A stretch of DNA of 64,000 bases from a virus. Its lineage: Duplodnaviria; Heunggongvirae; Uroviricota; Caudoviricetes. Under the pieces are notes generated by a model. The model had not been told where the DNA came from. It saw only the letters and a program-made list of their open reading frames with translations, and did not search any database. Location: the IMG/VR virus record IMGVR_UViG_3300021431_002946, positions 32,001-96,000 of that record. One strand, 5' to 3'. Numbering within the stretch: the stretch's first letter is position 1; each line of letters begins with the position of its first letter. Positions 28,220-38,927 of the stretch are shown here, piece by piece. The position numbers and the translations under genes were made by a program.

Positions 28220-28570
28220 ATGTCTAATATACATCATTATATTAAAGTTGATGGTTTTACACCTAATTTTACTACAATTTTAAATTTTAGTGAAGCAATA
28301 CATGGTGCTACAGCTACTGTTTTTAAATTAGTGCTTGGATTTACTGAAGACGGTATTACAATTAGCTGTTGTTTATTACAATCAGTTGAAAAGAATAATT
28401 TAGAAGAAGAAATTATTGATGATTTTAAGGTAATAAAAAATAAGCTTTCAGTTGCAGATTTTCAAAATGAATTAGGTGAAATATTACACTATCTTACAAT
28501 TCAAGATGGTATAGTTATTGATTTCGAAGATGGTCAAAAAATGTTATATGAAATTTATGAAATAAAATAA
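28220..28570 (+). CDS. hypothetical protein (possibly 5'-decayed)
   Basis: ORF, weak SD. Confidence 0.5.
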   Translation: MSNIHHYIKVDGFTPNFTTILNFSEAIHGATATVFKLVLGFTEDGITISCCLLQSVEKNNLEEEIIDDFKVIKNKLSVADFQNELGEILHYLTIQDGIVIDFEDGQKMLYEIYEIK

Positions 28571-28583
28571 AAAGGAAAATAAA

Positions 28584-28895
28584 ATGGCAAAAAAGAGTCT
28601 TTTATATATATCAAAAATATTTTCACAATATTTTAGTATAGATCAAGTTAAGTTTGAGAATTCAGAAGATAATATAGATTTTTATACAGTTTATATAAAT
28701 ACTAAACCAATTTTTAAAGTAGAATTTAACAATGAGTACAAAATGTGGTTTATAACTTTAACTTTAAATAATAACTTAAAATTTACAAGTATATGGCATA
28801 ATGATTTAGATAAAGCATTACGTGATGTAATGGATAAATTATATTTTGAATTAGAAGATGCTGCAAAATTGATAGTAGAATTTTATAATAATTAA
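28584..28895 (+). CDS. hypothetical protein (recurrent domain family)
   Basis: IFSQYF..W..SIWHNDLDKAL. Confidence 0.7.
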   Translation: MAKKSLLYISKIFSQYFSIDQVKFENSEDNIDFYTVYINTKPIFKVEFNNEYKMWFITLTLNNNLKFTSIWHNDLDKALRDVMDKLYFELEDAAKLIVEFYNN

Positions 28896-28915
28896 GTATT
28901 GTATAAATAATTTTT

Positions 28916-28985
28916 AAAAGACTATTTAATTTATAATAGTAAGTACGTGAACAATGTCTAAGTCTATATGACTTAGGCATTTTTT
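28916..28985 (+). promoter_or_regulatory. promoter + stem-loop cassette
   Basis: AAAAGACTATTTAATTTATAATAGTAAGTACGTGAAC-AATGTCTAAGTC/GACTTAGGCATT; 5' part near-identical to the 12623 copy. Confidence 0.8.
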
Positions 28986-29005
28986 ATTAAAGGAGAATAA
29001 ATACT

Positions 29006-29380
29006 ATGACATTTCTTGAAGAAGAGAGAATAAAGGATATTAAAAATACATTTTCAAAATATTTTGAAATTAATAGAATTGAAAATGAAGGACATCAAGC
29101 TGGTAATAAAAATATTGAAGAATTTAGTATATTTTTTGATGAATCAGACGCAACTCATTTTATGATTCAATATCATTTGACAAACGAGGTATGGAAAGTA
29201 TCTTTTTGGACATATGATTTTGCACATGAATATGTATCAGATTGGCACCATGAATTAAATGATGCACTAGCTGAATCTATTAAAAAAGCATTTAATGATG
29301 AAGGTTTATTATCTTTAATTGAAAATATAAAAGATGTTATAAATATATTTAATAAATATTCAGGTATAAATAGTATATAA
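29006..29380 (+). CDS. hypothetical protein (recurrent domain family)
   Basis: FSKYFEI..WKVSF..SDWHHELNDAL. Confidence 0.7.
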   Translation: MTFLEEERIKDIKNTFSKYFEINRIENEGHQAGNKNIEEFSIFFDESDATHFMIQYHLTNEVWKVSFWTYDFAHEYVSDWHHELNDALAESIKKAFNDEGLLSLIENIKDVINIFNKYSGINSI

Positions 29381-29474
29381 GGAGTCCAATATGAGAGAAA
29401 TTTTGAAAGTGCTTTAAGTAGTCCATCATTTACAAAAGAATATGATTTTATATTTAATAAAGGAGAATAAAATT

Positions 29475-29843
29475 ATGACAGTAGATGAAGTAGTAAAAAA
29501 ATTAAGAGAAATTAATTTAGCTGAGAATGATGAAAAATGTGTTGATGAAGATGCATTTTCTAGTGATCTTAGTTTTCATACATTTAAAATAAAAAATGTT
29601 AGTGATTGTATAACAATTAGTTGGTTAACTAAATACTGGGATGAAAATGAAGAACAACAACAATTAGTAATTGATCAAATAAAAGAAGTTATTCAATATT
29701 GGTTTAAGAAACTTAATATTAATGATGCTTTTAATATTTATATTGAAGTTTGTCCAGATAAATGTTCTGAATGGGATGCAGATGAAGATGGGGCTTATTT
29801 AAGTGAAGCTCTTGTTATTGAAAATGGTGAATGGAGACACTAA
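29475..29843 (+). CDS. hypothetical protein (paralog of 12706)
   Basis: AAGGAG SD; shared FSSDL, TKYWDE, CSEWD motifs. Confidence 0.7.
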   Translation: MTVDEVVKKLREINLAENDEKCVDEDAFSSDLSFHTFKIKNVSDCITISWLTKYWDENEEQQQLVIDQIKEVIQYWFKKLNINDAFNIYIEVCPDKCSEWDADEDGAYLSEALVIENGEWRH

Positions 29844-29845
29844 TT

Positions 29846-30301
29846 ATGGAAAATTTAGAAAAGATGGTTAAAGAAATGCAAGATTTTCTTGCAAATTTTG
29901 AGCATGAATATGTTGAATATGAAGAGGATTCCAGTCTAGCTTTTTATGTTAATTTTACAATAGGATATAATGGAGATGTTAGTTTAACATGTGATTTTGA
30001 AGAAAATAAATTTATAGTAGATTCAAGTATAGCAGATGATAATTATTATTATGCGTCTGGACAAGATCGATACGATCCAGAAGATGAAGAATATGAAGAA
30101 TTAGAAGAGCAAAAAGAAAAGTATTTAGAAGATATGAATAGTAAAAATAATTTTAATAATTTTGAAAAAGCTTTAGATAAAGCTTGGGATTATTGTATCG
30201 ATCTTAATGAAAATGAAGTATCTGGAGATGATGAGTGTACATATTCAGAAGTATTATCTAAATTATTATCTATATATGAAAAATATCAAGATAAAAAATA
30301 A
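29846..30301 (+). CDS. acidic hypothetical protein
   Basis: GGAG SD. Confidence 0.65.
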   Translation: MENLEKMVKEMQDFLANFEHEYVEYEEDSSLAFYVNFTIGYNGDVSLTCDFEENKFIVDSSIADDNYYYASGQDRYDPEDEEYEELEEQKEKYLEDMNSKNNFNNFEKALDKAWDYCIDLNENEVSGDDECTYSEVLSKLLSIYEKYQDKK

Positions 30302-30316
30302 GGGGAGATTTTAATT

Positions 30317-30481
30317 ATGAATGATGAGGCAGAAAAGTTATTGTCTTACGCAAAAGCTATTTCAGACTATTGTAAAGAAAATGTAAACTGTAAAGATTGT
30401 CCTTTTATAAGTAAAAATTCAGTTCATCCTTGCATGTTTGAAGATAATGATGGTTATAATCAGCCTTATGATTGGTTTTAA
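30317..30481 (+). CDS. small Cys-rich protein (54 aa; paralog of 63640)
   Basis: AGGGGAG SD; YAKAISDYC..CKDCPF..CM. Confidence 0.6.
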   Translation: MNDEAEKLLSYAKAISDYCKENVNCKDCPFISKNSVHPCMFEDNDGYNQPYDWF

Positions 30482-30558
30482 TTAGGAGGATTATTATGGG
30501 ACCAAAATATGCAGATGATTTAGAAAAATATATAATTTAAAGATTAAGGAGATTAATT

Positions 30559-31167
30559 ATGGAACTAACTTTTAAATTGGTTAAAGGTCATAAACATGAT
30601 CATGGAAAATTTGAAATAGAAAATCTTCAAGTATTAGATGTAGATTCAGATTTAAGAGAAAATGTTACTTGGGATAATATTATATTATATTTAGACGATA
30701 AACTTTATGAAAATGATATTGAAACTTTTGCAATGGGAAATTTAGATGCAGAAGATATATTTAGACAATGTTTAAATGCATATTTAAGAAATGATACATC
30801 TGATTATGAATCTTTTGGAGATGAATGGTCTATTTTCAAAAAATGTGAAGTATTAAAAGAATATAAAGATAATTTACTTATTAAAATGCCTATATATGAA
30901 TATGATGGACTTCATATTTATGAATTAGATTTAGCAACTCCATATAATAGATATTATTATGAATCTTGCGGTAATGGTTTCTTATGTTTAGATAGTAATG
31001 GTGGACTTGTTACAGATATGGAATGTTGGTATGAGCAAGGCATAATAGAAGATCTTTGTGCTATTATTAAAGGTGAACTTAAATGTCTTTATAGAGGAGA
31101 AAATGTTAATTTAATGATTAAAGAATATGGTGGAGAAGAAGCATTTTTAGAAGAAAATGACAATTAA
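30559..31167 (+). CDS. hypothetical protein
   Basis: AAGGAG SD. Confidence 0.7.
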   Translation: MELTFKLVKGHKHDHGKFEIENLQVLDVDSDLRENVTWDNIILYLDDKLYENDIETFAMGNLDAEDIFRQCLNAYLRNDTSDYESFGDEWSIFKKCEVLKEYKDNLLIKMPIYEYDGLHIYELDLATPYNRYYYESCGNGFLCLDSNGGLVTDMECWYEQGIIEDLCAIIKGELKCLYRGENVNLMIKEYGGEEAFLEENDN

Positions 31168-31292
31168 AGGAAACATTTTATGAATATAGAACAAAAAGTT
31201 TCACTTTCTCCTGAAGATAAACATGAAATTTTAAGTATTAAAGCGCCTTAGGGATAAATAATATAGAAAATTTAATAAATAGGAGATAAAAA

Positions 31293-31769
31293 ATGTTTAA
31301 TAAAAAAACAGGTAAAGATAAATATGAACAAATGGTTAAAAATAAAGATGAAAATATGAAAAAGATAATTGATGCTTCACATATTAATTTTTTAAAGTGG
31401 CTAAAACAAAATAAACATAAAATTATGCATGATATAGATGTAGAATTAAATGAGTTTATAAAGCATGATGACGACGCATTTTGTTATGCAGAAATTAATT
31501 TTGATTATAATGATGATGAAAAAAATCCATATATTTTACTTTATAATCCTAGAGGAATTAAAAGTCCATATCGTAGCTTTAATAAAAAAATAAAAAATGT
31601 ATATATATTTGATAAATGTCTTGATGAAGATTTACAATTTTATGGAGAAACATTTAAAAATTGGGTAGAAGATGAATTAGGTTTATATGCTAGTTTTTTT
31701 CTTACTTTTCGTGGAGTTGCTATAATAGTTTCATATGATAAAAATGCAATTAAAAAGAAAGACAATTAA
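31293..31769 (+). CDS. hypothetical protein
   Basis: AGGAG SD. Confidence 0.7.
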   Translation: MFNKKTGKDKYEQMVKNKDENMKKIIDASHINFLKWLKQNKHKIMHDIDVELNEFIKHDDDAFCYAEINFDYNDDEKNPYILLYNPRGIKSPYRSFNKKIKNVYIFDKCLDEDLQFYGETFKNWVEDELGLYASFFLTFRGVAIIVSYDKNAIKKKDN

Positions 31770-31836
31770 GTATATTTTAAACTAATTTTATAATATAATT
31801 GTAATTAGATTGTAATTAATTTGAAATAAATAAATA

Positions 31837-31865
31837 TGTACAAAACTATCAAGGAGTGTTAGAAT
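31837..31865 (+). promoter_or_regulatory. sigmaA-type promoter with extended -10
   Basis: TGTACA-17 nt-TAGAAT with TG; related copy at 62154. Confidence 0.55.
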
Positions 31866-31901
31866 TCTATTAAAAATACATAATAATTGGAGGTATATAT
31901 T

Positions 31902-32672
31902 ATGTTTAAAGTAAAATATCCATTACAACCTGATACTGATAAATTTGATAAATTAATTAATCCTATTTTTGGTAAAAAATTATCAACTATGTGGCATAAA
32001 TCACCAACAGGAAAATCATGTATATATATTGCTAATGCAAATTATATAGACTTTGTAAAAGATAAGATAATTGCAGATAAAGAATTGTATGATGAATACA
32101 TTGAAGATGAAGAATTTGATAATGCTGGAATTATAACTAAAAAGACAATGGTACTTGATGAAATTTATAAAATGTTAGACATAGAATTTACACCTGAAGA
32201 TTTATATGAAAAGAATGAAAAATATATAAATTTTTTAGATTATCTTGATAAAATAGAAGCTGAAGAAAAAGGTACAGAATATGTTAATCATACATATGAT
32301 GCGTTAAGAAATATTAATTTAATTGATCCTGTAGATTTTTTACATAGAGCTAGAAAAGAATATAATGAAGCATCTAGCGCATTAAATGATGAATTAATTG
32401 ATAGATTAAGTGAAGATTATAAGTGGTTTTCAAGCACATATCAATTTTTCCCAATAGATATTCATGATTTTCGCGAATTAGAAACGTCAATTCGTACTAA
32501 TTGTGAAGCAATTTTTGAAATAGATAATAAAACTGAAATCGCTTGTATGAGAAAAGATGGTCGATGGGATCTTTTTATACTTACTGATGAATTTTTTAAT
32601 GATGTTATTACTAATAAAATTAAATTAGATAAATATGTTTTAATTAGTAAATATTGGAAACGCACTAAATAA
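31902..32672 (+). CDS. hypothetical protein
   Basis: GGAGG SD. Confidence 0.7.
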   Translation: MFKVKYPLQPDTDKFDKLINPIFGKKLSTMWHKSPTGKSCIYIANANYIDFVKDKIIADKELYDEYIEDEEFDNAGIITKKTMVLDEIYKMLDIEFTPEDLYEKNEKYINFLDYLDKIEAEEKGTEYVNHTYDALRNINLIDPVDFLHRARKEYNEASSALNDELIDRLSEDYKWFSSTYQFFPIDIHDFRELETSIRTNCEAIFEIDNKTEIACMRKDGRWDLFILTDEFFNDVITNKIKLDKYVLISKYWKRTK

Positions 32673-32746
32673 TTTTTAAGGAAAAATGAAATATTAATGC
32701 CTTAACAATATGTTGAGGCATTTTTTATATAAAAAGGAGGAAAATT

Positions 32747-33091
32747 ATGTTAGATAGACTATTTGAAAAACCAGTTGAAAAACTTCAAGAATTCTTAAAA
32801 TGGATATTCTTATTTATAACAGGTTCAGAATTTATGTTAATATGTATTGTTTATGGAAGTAAAATTAATGCACAACTTTCATATTATCATGATATTGAAG
32901 TAATAGGACAATCTATAATAATTGGTCTTATTGCAATGATTCTTACATTTACAATAAATTATGCAATTTGTTTATTTATGTATATGGTAATTAGTTATTT
33001 TCAGGATATTCATGAGATTAAAAATTCATTAGTTGATAAAAAGAAGATTCAATTAAATAAACCTGAAACACAAGAAAAGGATGGTCAATAA
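32747..33091 (+). CDS. 2-TM membrane protein
   Basis: AAGGAGG SD, hydrophobic segments. Confidence 0.7.
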   Translation: MLDRLFEKPVEKLQEFLKWIFLFITGSEFMLICIVYGSKINAQLSYYHDIEVIGQSIIIGLIAMILTFTINYAICLFMYMVISYFQDIHEIKNSLVDKKKIQLNKPETQEKDGQ

Positions 33092-33092
33092 T

Positions 33093-33503
33093 ATGAAAAA
33101 AAGATTAATTGGACCGTTTGATCCATTTAGAAATGAAGTTGATGTTTATGGGCCTCCACCAGATGATACTTTATATACACAAAATAAACTTTCTGATGAA
33201 GACGTTAAAAATAATATAAAAGAGCGTACACAGATGTTAGTTAATGAAGCAAAAGCTGATAAAAAAGATAAACTTGAAATTTTAATTTTTAGTATAGCAT
33301 TTTTACCATTTTGGGTATTTTTAGCTTATGCAGCATCAATATTAACCTTTGAAGGTAGTTTTTTGCCTATAATTATTGTTTCTGTGTTATCAATAACGTA
33401 TCTCATTTTATCAATTGTACATTTTATTGATTCAGTTAATCGATTAAAATGTTATGAAGCTAAATTAGATTTTATAAATAAACGAGAGGAAATTAAAAAA
33501 TGA
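33093..33503 (+). CDS. 2-TM membrane protein
   Basis: Hydrophobic C-terminal segments. Confidence 0.65.
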   Translation: MKKRLIGPFDPFRNEVDVYGPPPDDTLYTQNKLSDEDVKNNIKERTQMLVNEAKADKKDKLEILIFSIAFLPFWVFLAYAASILTFEGSFLPIIIVSVLSITYLILSIVHFIDSVNRLKCYEAKLDFINKREEIKK

Positions 33504-33799
33504 GCAAAAATAGAATAACAGAAATTGAATATATTAATGATAAAGAAATTGAGTTTTCTTGTTATTGTACATTAATTGAATTTATATCTAATTTTTCAGA
33601 CTTTGATTATTTAATTCAATTACAAGATGTAATTAATAATCATAATGATATTTTTAAAGGCACAATTATGGAATTTTTTGCACTTAAAAATGTATTAAAT
33701 AAATATAAAGATTACAAAGTATATGGTGTAAAAATTTCAGATAAAAGTTTAATGTATATTAATATATTACCACAAAATTGTATAAAAAGAAAGGAATAA
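33500..33799 (+). CDS. hypothetical protein
   Basis: GAGG SD, overlapping start/stop. Confidence 0.6.
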   Translation: MSKNRITEIEYINDKEIEFSCYCTLIEFISNFSDFDYLIQLQDVINNHNDIFKGTIMEFFALKNVLNKYKDYKVYGVKISDKSLMYINILPQNCIKRKE

Positions 33800-33802
33800 C
33801 AT

Positions 33803-34297
33803 ATGATTGCAGAATATCAAGGAAATATTTATTTTGCTTCAGATCATGATAATTATATAGCACTTGTGACGCATAATCCTTCAAAGTGTATTGGTTGGTA
33901 TGAAAGTGAGTATGATTATTTTTATAAATATATTCCTCTTGATGATCCAGAACTTAAGAATCTCTATGAGATTCATTTCTGGGTAAAATATCATGATTGT
34001 ATTGAAAAAGATGATATTTGGTGTGTAGATGAAGGTAGATATGTCGGCATTGTACCAAATATTGAAGAAGGTAAGGTTGTCATCGATGTTGGGCATGACA
34101 GTAAAGATGAAACATGGGAGCAGTATGATAAGTATGCAGCTTCAAAAATGATAAATCTTAGTGATTGTGAAGAGTTTATTATTGAGAAAAAATATATAAA
34201 GAAGAATGGATCTAAATCTATCGCTATAGAGAAATTTAATGTTAATCTTGAAACGTTTAAGAACACAATGATTACAAATCGGAGTGAGAATTTATGA
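33803..34297 (+). CDS. hypothetical protein
   Basis: AAAGGA SD. Confidence 0.7.
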   Translation: MIAEYQGNIYFASDHDNYIALVTHNPSKCIGWYESEYDYFYKYIPLDDPELKNLYEIHFWVKYHDCIEKDDIWCVDEGRYVGIVPNIEEGKVVIDVGHDSKDETWEQYDKYAASKMINLSDCEEFIIEKKYIKKNGSKSIAIEKFNVNLETFKNTMITNRSENL

Positions 34298-34316
34298 TTA
34301 AGAAAGGAAATTAAAA

Positions 34317-34805
34317 ATGATGGAAGATTATATTATTTTGTTAGATTTTAAAAACACATTTATTGCAGTTAGTGAAAATAGACAACATTGTTATGTAACT
34401 GCATTACAATATCTTACAAGTTGTCGTTTTACTATTTGTGGTTTAAAGAAAATTGCACGCGGAAATAGTCATGATGAAGATTGGCAAGATAAATATACAG
34501 TAATTAAAGACGGTGGATCATTTGCTGAATTTTTTAATAAAGAAAGTCAAAGAAAAGCTGTTTTATATAGTGATAAACCTATAATGGAATATATAGATAA
34601 TCTTTCTATTGATGAAATGGAAAAATGGAGTCAATATTTTGAAAACTTTAGTGGTGAAGCTGGTTGGAGATATATTTATGCAAGTAAAGATAATAAGGAC
34701 TATATATTTAAAACAGCATTTACATATATAATAATGCCAAATGGTAAAGCAACAAAAAATAATTTATATTATCTTAGAGTAATTGATACTAATTTATATA
34801 AATAG
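34317..34805 (+). CDS. hypothetical protein
   Basis: GAAAGGA SD. Confidence 0.7.
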   Translation: MMEDYIILLDFKNTFIAVSENRQHCYVTALQYLTSCRFTICGLKKIARGNSHDEDWQDKYTVIKDGGSFAEFFNKESQRKAVLYSDKPIMEYIDNLSIDEMEKWSQYFENFSGEAGWRYIYASKDNKDYIFKTAFTYIIMPNGKATKNNLYYLRVIDTNLYK

Positions 34806-34816
34806 GAGTATATAGT

Positions 34817-35392
34817 ATGACTCTAAATGAATTTTATATATTACAAACAAAATATAGTAATAATAAATTAGAATTAATAAACATATTAAATGAAATAGAT
34901 GAAACAGACTTTTTTGAATTTATAGCTGAGATATTAGAGACTTCATATGGACTTGCATTTAATACTATATATAATATTAATGATTTTGAATGGGCAGATA
35001 TAAGTTATGAACTAACTAATGCATTTTGTCATATTTTTTCTTATACTAATAATGGTTTTTATTGTACATTTTTATTAGGTGTAAATTGTATAGATCCATA
35101 TGAAATAATATTTACTGGTAATTTAGAACTAAAACTAGAATTTACTTTGAAAAATGATTGGTTAATCTATAATAATATTTTAATCTTAAATGATAGTTTT
35201 TCTGCAGAATCAGAAGATTTAACTATTTATAATAAAATTACTAATGAAATTGACACAGTTTGGTTATTTGATGAAGAAGTAAAAAATCATTTACATTTAA
35301 TTTTAGATCGAGTTGTGCACAATATTCAATCTGCATTAAATGCAGTAGACGAAAATGCACCAGAAAATTATGTAATAAAATCTAAGTTCTAA
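34817..35392 (+). CDS. hypothetical protein (family with 36768 and 37472)
   Basis: LNE..F..C.F.L...FTG..EL..Y...S.F pattern. Confidence 0.7.
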   Translation: MTLNEFYILQTKYSNNKLELINILNEIDETDFFEFIAEILETSYGLAFNTIYNINDFEWADISYELTNAFCHIFSYTNNGFYCTFLLGVNCIDPYEIIFTGNLELKLEFTLKNDWLIYNNILILNDSFSAESEDLTIYNKITNEIDTVWLFDEEVKNHLHLILDRVVHNIQSALNAVDENAPENYVIKSKF

Positions 35393-35503
35393 TAATAATT
35401 ATTTATTATTTAATTATATATTATTATAATAATAATTGTGTTCTCTAGTTCTATCTATATATATCAAATAAGTATGACAAATCTAGTAAAGGAGTGTATA
35501 TAT

Positions 35504-35824
35504 ATGAAAATATATTGTGGATCTATGTATAAAGATTCTGGTTTATTTTCAATTTATTGTGCAGATTGTACAGAAAAAGACGGAAAATATTGGATAAATA
35601 GACCAGAAAATGATTTTAGGTTTGAGTTTGCAGAAAGTATATCTAAAAGTCAAATTGATAAATTATTTAATCCATATGACAGTTATGAGGATTATTTAGT
35701 TATTTATAGTTTTGATAAGGATAGACTTTATGATTATTTAAATGCGCATAGAATAAGATTAATCGCAGACACAAAACAAAAACTTGAAAATTTAGAAAAA
35801 CCAATAAATATTATAGGAGAATAA
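35504..35824 (+). CDS. hypothetical protein
   Basis: ATG after AAGGAG. Confidence 0.65.
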   Translation: MKIYCGSMYKDSGLFSIYCADCTEKDGKYWINRPENDFRFEFAESISKSQIDKLFNPYDSYEDYLVIYSFDKDRLYDYLNAHRIRLIADTKQKLENLEKPINIIGE

Positions 35825-35826
35825 AA

Positions 35827-36201
35827 ATGAAGCCATTAGAAGTTAATAAAACATATAATGCAAATAAATGGAAAAGTCGCAGTAAAAAAGATCATAATAA
35901 ATATGTTTTTTCATATGAAATAGATGTATGCTGGGATCAAAATGAAGAACTTGATCTAAATGAAGCATGGAAAAGTAAAAATGAAAAGAAATTTTTATAT
36001 GCATATAATAAACGTATAAAAGAATATGGAGAAACTGCAGTAAAAGTTATTGAATGGGATATGGTTGCAGGTTGGCCTTGTATTGAAATACATACAGATT
36101 TTATGACAATTGAAGATTTTTTAGATTCATATGAATATGAAATGGAAGACTTTGTAGAATTTGAGCGTGTTAAAATTATTAAAGTACAAGAAGTAGAATA
36201 A
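35827..36201 (+). CDS. hypothetical protein
   Basis: AGGAG SD. Confidence 0.7.
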   Translation: MKPLEVNKTYNANKWKSRSKKDHNKYVFSYEIDVCWDQNEELDLNEAWKSKNEKKFLYAYNKRIKEYGETAVKVIEWDMVAGWPCIEIHTDFMTIEDFLDSYEYEMEDFVEFERVKIIKVQEVE

Positions 36202-36236
36202 AAATATTTGAAAGAAATTTGATAAAGGAGTACAAT

Positions 36237-36689
36237 ATGCCAGTTGATTATAAAGTTATAATTTATGTAGATTATAAAGCACTTGAAACAGTTCCAAAAG
36301 AAAATCGAGATTATCCTGATTATATAAAATTAAATAAAGAAGATAATCTTAAATTACTTAAAATAGTTAGTAATGAAATAAAAAAATTATTAGATACTAA
36401 TAAAGATAAGTATAATTTTGAAGAATATTCTGAGTTTTCTCATAGTGTAGGTAGTTCAGGTATTGCAGATGCTTTTGTTAATGGCGCGTATCAAGCAGTT
36501 GATATTGATGATCCATCTTTTGTATCATTCGAGATAAAAATAAAAGATTATACATATATGAATAAATTGAAAAAAGATATAATAAAATTATTGCCCAAAA
36601 TTGAAAAATTAGATAAAAATTTATGCTTTTATTCAGAATCTTATGATCCTGACAATTATGAAGGTTCTATTTATGTTCATGAAATTTAA
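36237..36689 (+). CDS. hypothetical protein
   Basis: ATG after AAGGAG. Confidence 0.7.
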   Translation: MPVDYKVIIYVDYKALETVPKENRDYPDYIKLNKEDNLKLLKIVSNEIKKLLDTNKDKYNFEEYSEFSHSVGSSGIADAFVNGAYQAVDIDDPSFVSFEIKIKDYTYMNKLKKDIIKLLPKIEKLDKNLCFYSESYDPDNYEGSIYVHEI

Positions 36690-36767
36690 TAAAGTCACGT
36701 AAAATAATATGTCTCAAAATTTAAATATAAAAAATTTTTATTAATTACAACTTTAAAGGAGACAAAT

Positions 36768-37307
36768 ATGCATTTAGTCGAGTTAGAATCATTTTGGAGT
36801 ATTGCAAGAGAGACTGATTATATACACCAAAATGTTCTTTTAAATGAATTAAATATGATGCCTGAAGATAGTTTTTTACAATTAGCAATTGATATGATAG
36901 ATTATGAAAAACTTGATGGAAAATTAAGTCATAATATATTAAATTTAGGTTTTAGAAAGATTGAATTAGATAAATATGTTGAGCCAGATATATTATTTTA
37001 TAAATTATCTGATCCAAACTCATATTATTTTTCAATAAAAGATAATGATATTATTTGCTCATTTATATTAGCAATTAAATGCTATACCTCAGGACGCATA
37101 ATTTTATTTACTGGTTATATTGAACTTGAATATAGTGTTAATAAAAGGAAATTTATAAGTATGTCAGATGATTTATATAATATAAACGTTTCTACTTATA
37201 ATTTTAGAGAAAATATGCAAATTATAGTGTATACTATATTAAATACTGTTAAAAATAAATTAAACGTAGAATATAAAGGTGATTATAATGTAAAATCTAA
37301 TATTTAG
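36768..37307 (+). CDS. hypothetical protein (family with 34817)
   Basis: LLNELN..ICSFILAI..FTGYIEL..SDDLY. Confidence 0.7.
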   Translation: MHLVELESFWSIARETDYIHQNVLLNELNMMPEDSFLQLAIDMIDYEKLDGKLSHNILNLGFRKIELDKYVEPDILFYKLSDPNSYYFSIKDNDIICSFILAIKCYTSGRIILFTGYIELEYSVNKRKFISMSDDLYNINVSTYNFRENMQIIVYTILNTVKNKLNVEYKGDYNVKSNI

Positions 37308-37471
37308 GAGACATTTAATAAAAATAAACAGTGTATAACAGTTTCTTCAATACACGAAGATATAAAGCCTAAAATTCAAGAACTTGTAGAATTTTTAATA
37401 TCAAATATAATATTTAAAGATTTTGGCATACAATCTTATACTATGCAGTCAAAATTTTAATGAGGTAAAAT

Positions 37472-38018
37472 ATGACGTGTTATGAAATATATAAAAATAT
37501 TATTTTAATAAAAAATGAAAAAGATAAAATAAATTTATTAAATGAATTGAATATAATGGATTCTGAAGATTTTAAAGAATTTGTTGCGTCTATACTTGTA
37601 CCAAAGTCAAAAAGAGATATAAGTAATATATTTTATAAAACATATAAAATAGTAGATGATAAAAATTGTTTTGCTAAATCTATATATGTAAATTTTATAT
37701 CTCCAGTACTATATTATTTTACTGAAAAAGACGATGTATTTATGTGTGAATTTGGTATAAATGTTGAATTTTTTCTTGCTGGGTATACAATACGTTATAT
37801 GTAAAGGTTGTCTTAACTTTCATTTTAATATATATCCGAATAGTCTTATATTATGCTCAGACGATCTTTATTTAAAGGTTAGTACAACCTCAGATGTAGA
37901 TTTAATAGAAGTAAAGGAACAAGTACAAATTATTATAGAAACTGCTATAAATAATATGTTTGATATGTTTACTATTGATTGTAGTAATACAAAATATGTT
38001 TTAAATTCAAATTTTTAA
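37472..38018 (+). pseudogene. frameshifted paralog of 34817/36768
   Basis: ORF 37472-37804 matches the family N-half; overlapping ORF 37761-38018 matches the C-half (SDDLY..YVLNSNF). Confidence 0.6.
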
Positions 38019-38086
38019 AAGACTATTTAATAATAATAGCGGAAGTGAAATAATACCTAAGTTTATATGACTTAGGTATATTTTTT
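38017..38086 (+). promoter_or_regulatory. promoter + stem-loop cassette
   Basis: AAAAGACTATTTAATAATAATAG..GGAAGTGAAAT-AATACCTAAGTT/GACTTAGGTAT. Confidence 0.75.
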
Positions 38087-38104
38087 ATAAAAAGGAGATA
38101 AATT

Positions 38105-38926
38105 ATGATTGAAATTTGGACAGATAAAGATCAATATTTTACTGGTGAAGCTAGTATTAATTATGGAGACGCTTTTGTTAATGGTGATGTTTGTACTATA
38201 AAATCAATTGAAATAAATGATATTGAAATTCAACTTGAAAATAATGAACCTTATTTATATGGTACAGGTATTGCAATTTGTTATAGTATTACGTCTATGT
38301 TTACTCAATCTAAATTTGAAATTAAATTTAAATCTAAAAAACCGATTAATATAACTTATAAAGAATTAGAAGATAAAACTAAAATATATTTTAAAGATAT
38401 AAAAATACTTTCAGCTACTTTCCTTGAATTTTATAATGATGAATCAGATTTTGATTGGAAAGTAGAAGATTTAAGAGAAATCCATGAAAGTTATGTTAAT
38501 AATTGGATCCGTGGAAATGAAGATCATAGTAAATTTTTTGATAATGTTTATCCAAATACTATAAAAGAAATTAAAAATATTTTAATTAGTGAATTACTTG
38601 AGTATATAGATATTACTAAAGAGGTACACGACATAGATAATATATCTACAGCAGATTTTCCTCATATAATAAATCCTTATCTTAAAGAATATGTTCCAGA
38701 AATGTTAGATTGGGACTGGGATGATTATTGTAATTATTATGGTGATTCAGTTATAAGTGCACTTATAAAAGATGGTGAATCTAATGAAGATAATCAAAAT
38801 TTTGGAATTGTAGCATTTAATACAGATATTGATGAAATATTTATAGATATTACTTGGACAGAACATGAATTTGAAGATTTATCAGATCCAATTATATTAT
38901 ATAAGAACCCAAATAAAGGAGAATAA
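38105..38926 (+). CDS. hypothetical protein
   Basis: AAAGGAG SD. Confidence 0.7.
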   Translation: MIEIWTDKDQYFTGEASINYGDAFVNGDVCTIKSIEINDIEIQLENNEPYLYGTGIAICYSITSMFTQSKFEIKFKSKKPINITYKELEDKTKIYFKDIKILSATFLEFYNDESDFDWKVEDLREIHESYVNNWIRGNEDHSKFFDNVYPNTIKEIKNILISELLEYIDITKEVHDIDNISTADFPHIINPYLKEYVPEMLDWDWDDYCNYYGDSVISALIKDGESNEDNQNFGIVAFNTDIDEIFIDITWTEHEFEDLSDPIILYKNPNKGE

Positions 38927-38927
38927 T

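Noticed and set aside
30317-30481. Cys-rich small ORFs (30317, 55110, 63640) as RiPP precursors
   Set aside because: Lack both leader types and the acidic C-X3-D cores; look like metal-binding mini-proteins
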